DNA of 64,000 bases from Batkoa obscura (taxonomy: Eukaryota), in assembly GCA_030770535.1 (NCBI GenBank), contig JASVEC010000011.1, positions 62,001 to 126,000 on the forward strand, read 5' to 3'. The position numbers and the translations under genes are program-made. Below the pieces are notes generated by a model that had not been told where the DNA came from, searched no databases, and saw only the letters and a program-made list of their open reading frames with translations. Below, piece by piece: positions 62,958 to 64,000 of the stretch (within the stretch, counting starts at the first letter, position 1; every line of letters begins with the position of its first letter).

Positions 62958-63938
62958 TTAATTCAAATGATTAGGAAATGATCTGAAATTATTGCTGTGT
63001 GGCATAGGGCCGATTCCAATAACCCATCCTAGCTTATTTTGAAATAAATAAATAGTCGCAACAAATTCTCCATTTGAAATAGAATTATGACGATCCAAAT
63101 CTGTTGCCCAATCGGTTACTAAAGCTCTTCCAAATAATTTTCCTTCCTTCATTTTAGTGCTGGCTATTTCAATACCTAAATTCCAATATTCTACTAGTTT
63201 TAAATAACATTCTTTCTTGAATTGATTATCTGCTTCATGATCCCAATTGGGTAGTCGATGTATTAAATCTGTAGCTAATCTCAAAAAGTTGAATATCATA
63301 CTTGGCATATCTTTTTCTGCTGTAAAAAAGTGGTCGGCATATTGTACCATTGATTCCTATTAATGCTTAGTTATGGTTCATAAAAACAAAAAACATCTTA
63401 CTCTAAGCTCAATCAATCTTGGCCTAACTCTAGTAAAAGAATATCGATCTCTGTTTTGTCCATCTCTATTATATGGGAATGACTCATGTACTCTCTTTTC
63501 TAGGTTAGAAAAGGCAAACGATACCGATTGGATAGTTGGACGTGGAACAGCAGCTAAAAAGTCAGAACGTAAGCCAGGATTAGCTTCAGTTACTTTTTCA
63601 ACTACTTCAAGAAGATCATCTCTTGATAATGAGTCTAAAAGGTAAGTTAAAGTCTTTTGAGAAACCAACTCTTTGCGATATCTCTTTTTTATTCCCTTGA
63701 TACGAAGCACCGCTGGTGGGGTATTATTAAAATGTTCATTGTTTGATACTGGAGAGCTGATTGATTCTTGGTTATTTCTACGTCCATAGTCTTCGTTTTC
63801 TGGTGAAAAGGAACGCTTATTGGATTCAGGAGCATGTTGAACTTCTTGAGTACTTTGAGAGGTGAAGTTAAAGGTATTTTGATTGATACTAGAGGTGCTT
63901 GTACCGAAAGCTCCAAAAACTGGTTGATGAGTGGCCAT
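62958..63938 (-). CDS. STS1: Nuclear proteasome tether Cut8/Sts1, 2 exons
   Basis: LLDSLSRDDLLEVV...PRPTIQS...LEKRVHESFPY...DRYSFTRVRPRLIELR|...FNFLRLATDLIHRLPNWD, plus a basic N-terminal NLS-like stretch. Confidence 0.85.
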
Positions 63939-64000
63939 ATGATTAAATTTATAAAATAGACAAAAAAATAAAAAGCATTAATTTCTTATTTTCTAATTTA

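Noticed and set aside
2247..63916. Many short track ORFs overlapping real genes (e.g. 2247-2531, 13390-13590, 16076-16264, 17017-17244, 20274-20471, 23101-23298, 24486-24674, 45095-45280, 56373-56582, 62306-62542, 63373-63645)
   Set aside because: Antisense or off-frame shadows of well-supported spliced genes, with no recognisable motifs.
1..64000. tRNA, rRNA, intact transposase or reverse transcriptase genes; alternative genetic code
   Set aside because: No cloverleaf or rRNA-like segments and no DDE/RT ORFs seen. The confidently identified genes translate cleanly with the standard code once GT-AG introns are removed.

Overview
Very AT-rich, gene-dense eukaryotic nuclear DNA with short (~45-100 nt) GT-AG introns. 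A Chs7 chitin-synthase chaperone marks it as fungal. Twinkle, TFB1M and a short soluble CHCHD4/Mia40 point to an early-diverging lineage; base composition and intron style suggest Entomophthoromycotina (Conidiobolus-like), which is inference only. I reconstructed about 27 protein-coding genes by hand-splicing, several missed or fragmented by the ORF track (Alba-domain protein, FMC1, WBP11, GPI2, UFD1, TYR1). I found no tRNA, rRNA or CRISPR. Best leads: (1) a ~100-bp dispersed TIR/hairpin element in 4 copies that contains an internal GT...TACTAAC...AG intron-like module; (2) a stand-alone circularly permuted ATP-grasp ligase of bacterial type; (3) an MLH3 whose ATPase motifs appear lost but whose endonuclease motifs are kept, in the same window as a probable FIRRM/C1orf112 homolog and a Rad21/Rec8 kleisin; (4) animal-like mitochondrial components; (5) a small heat-shock protein with a prion-like insert inside its alpha-crystallin domain. 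All family calls are by motif recognition; no searches were run.
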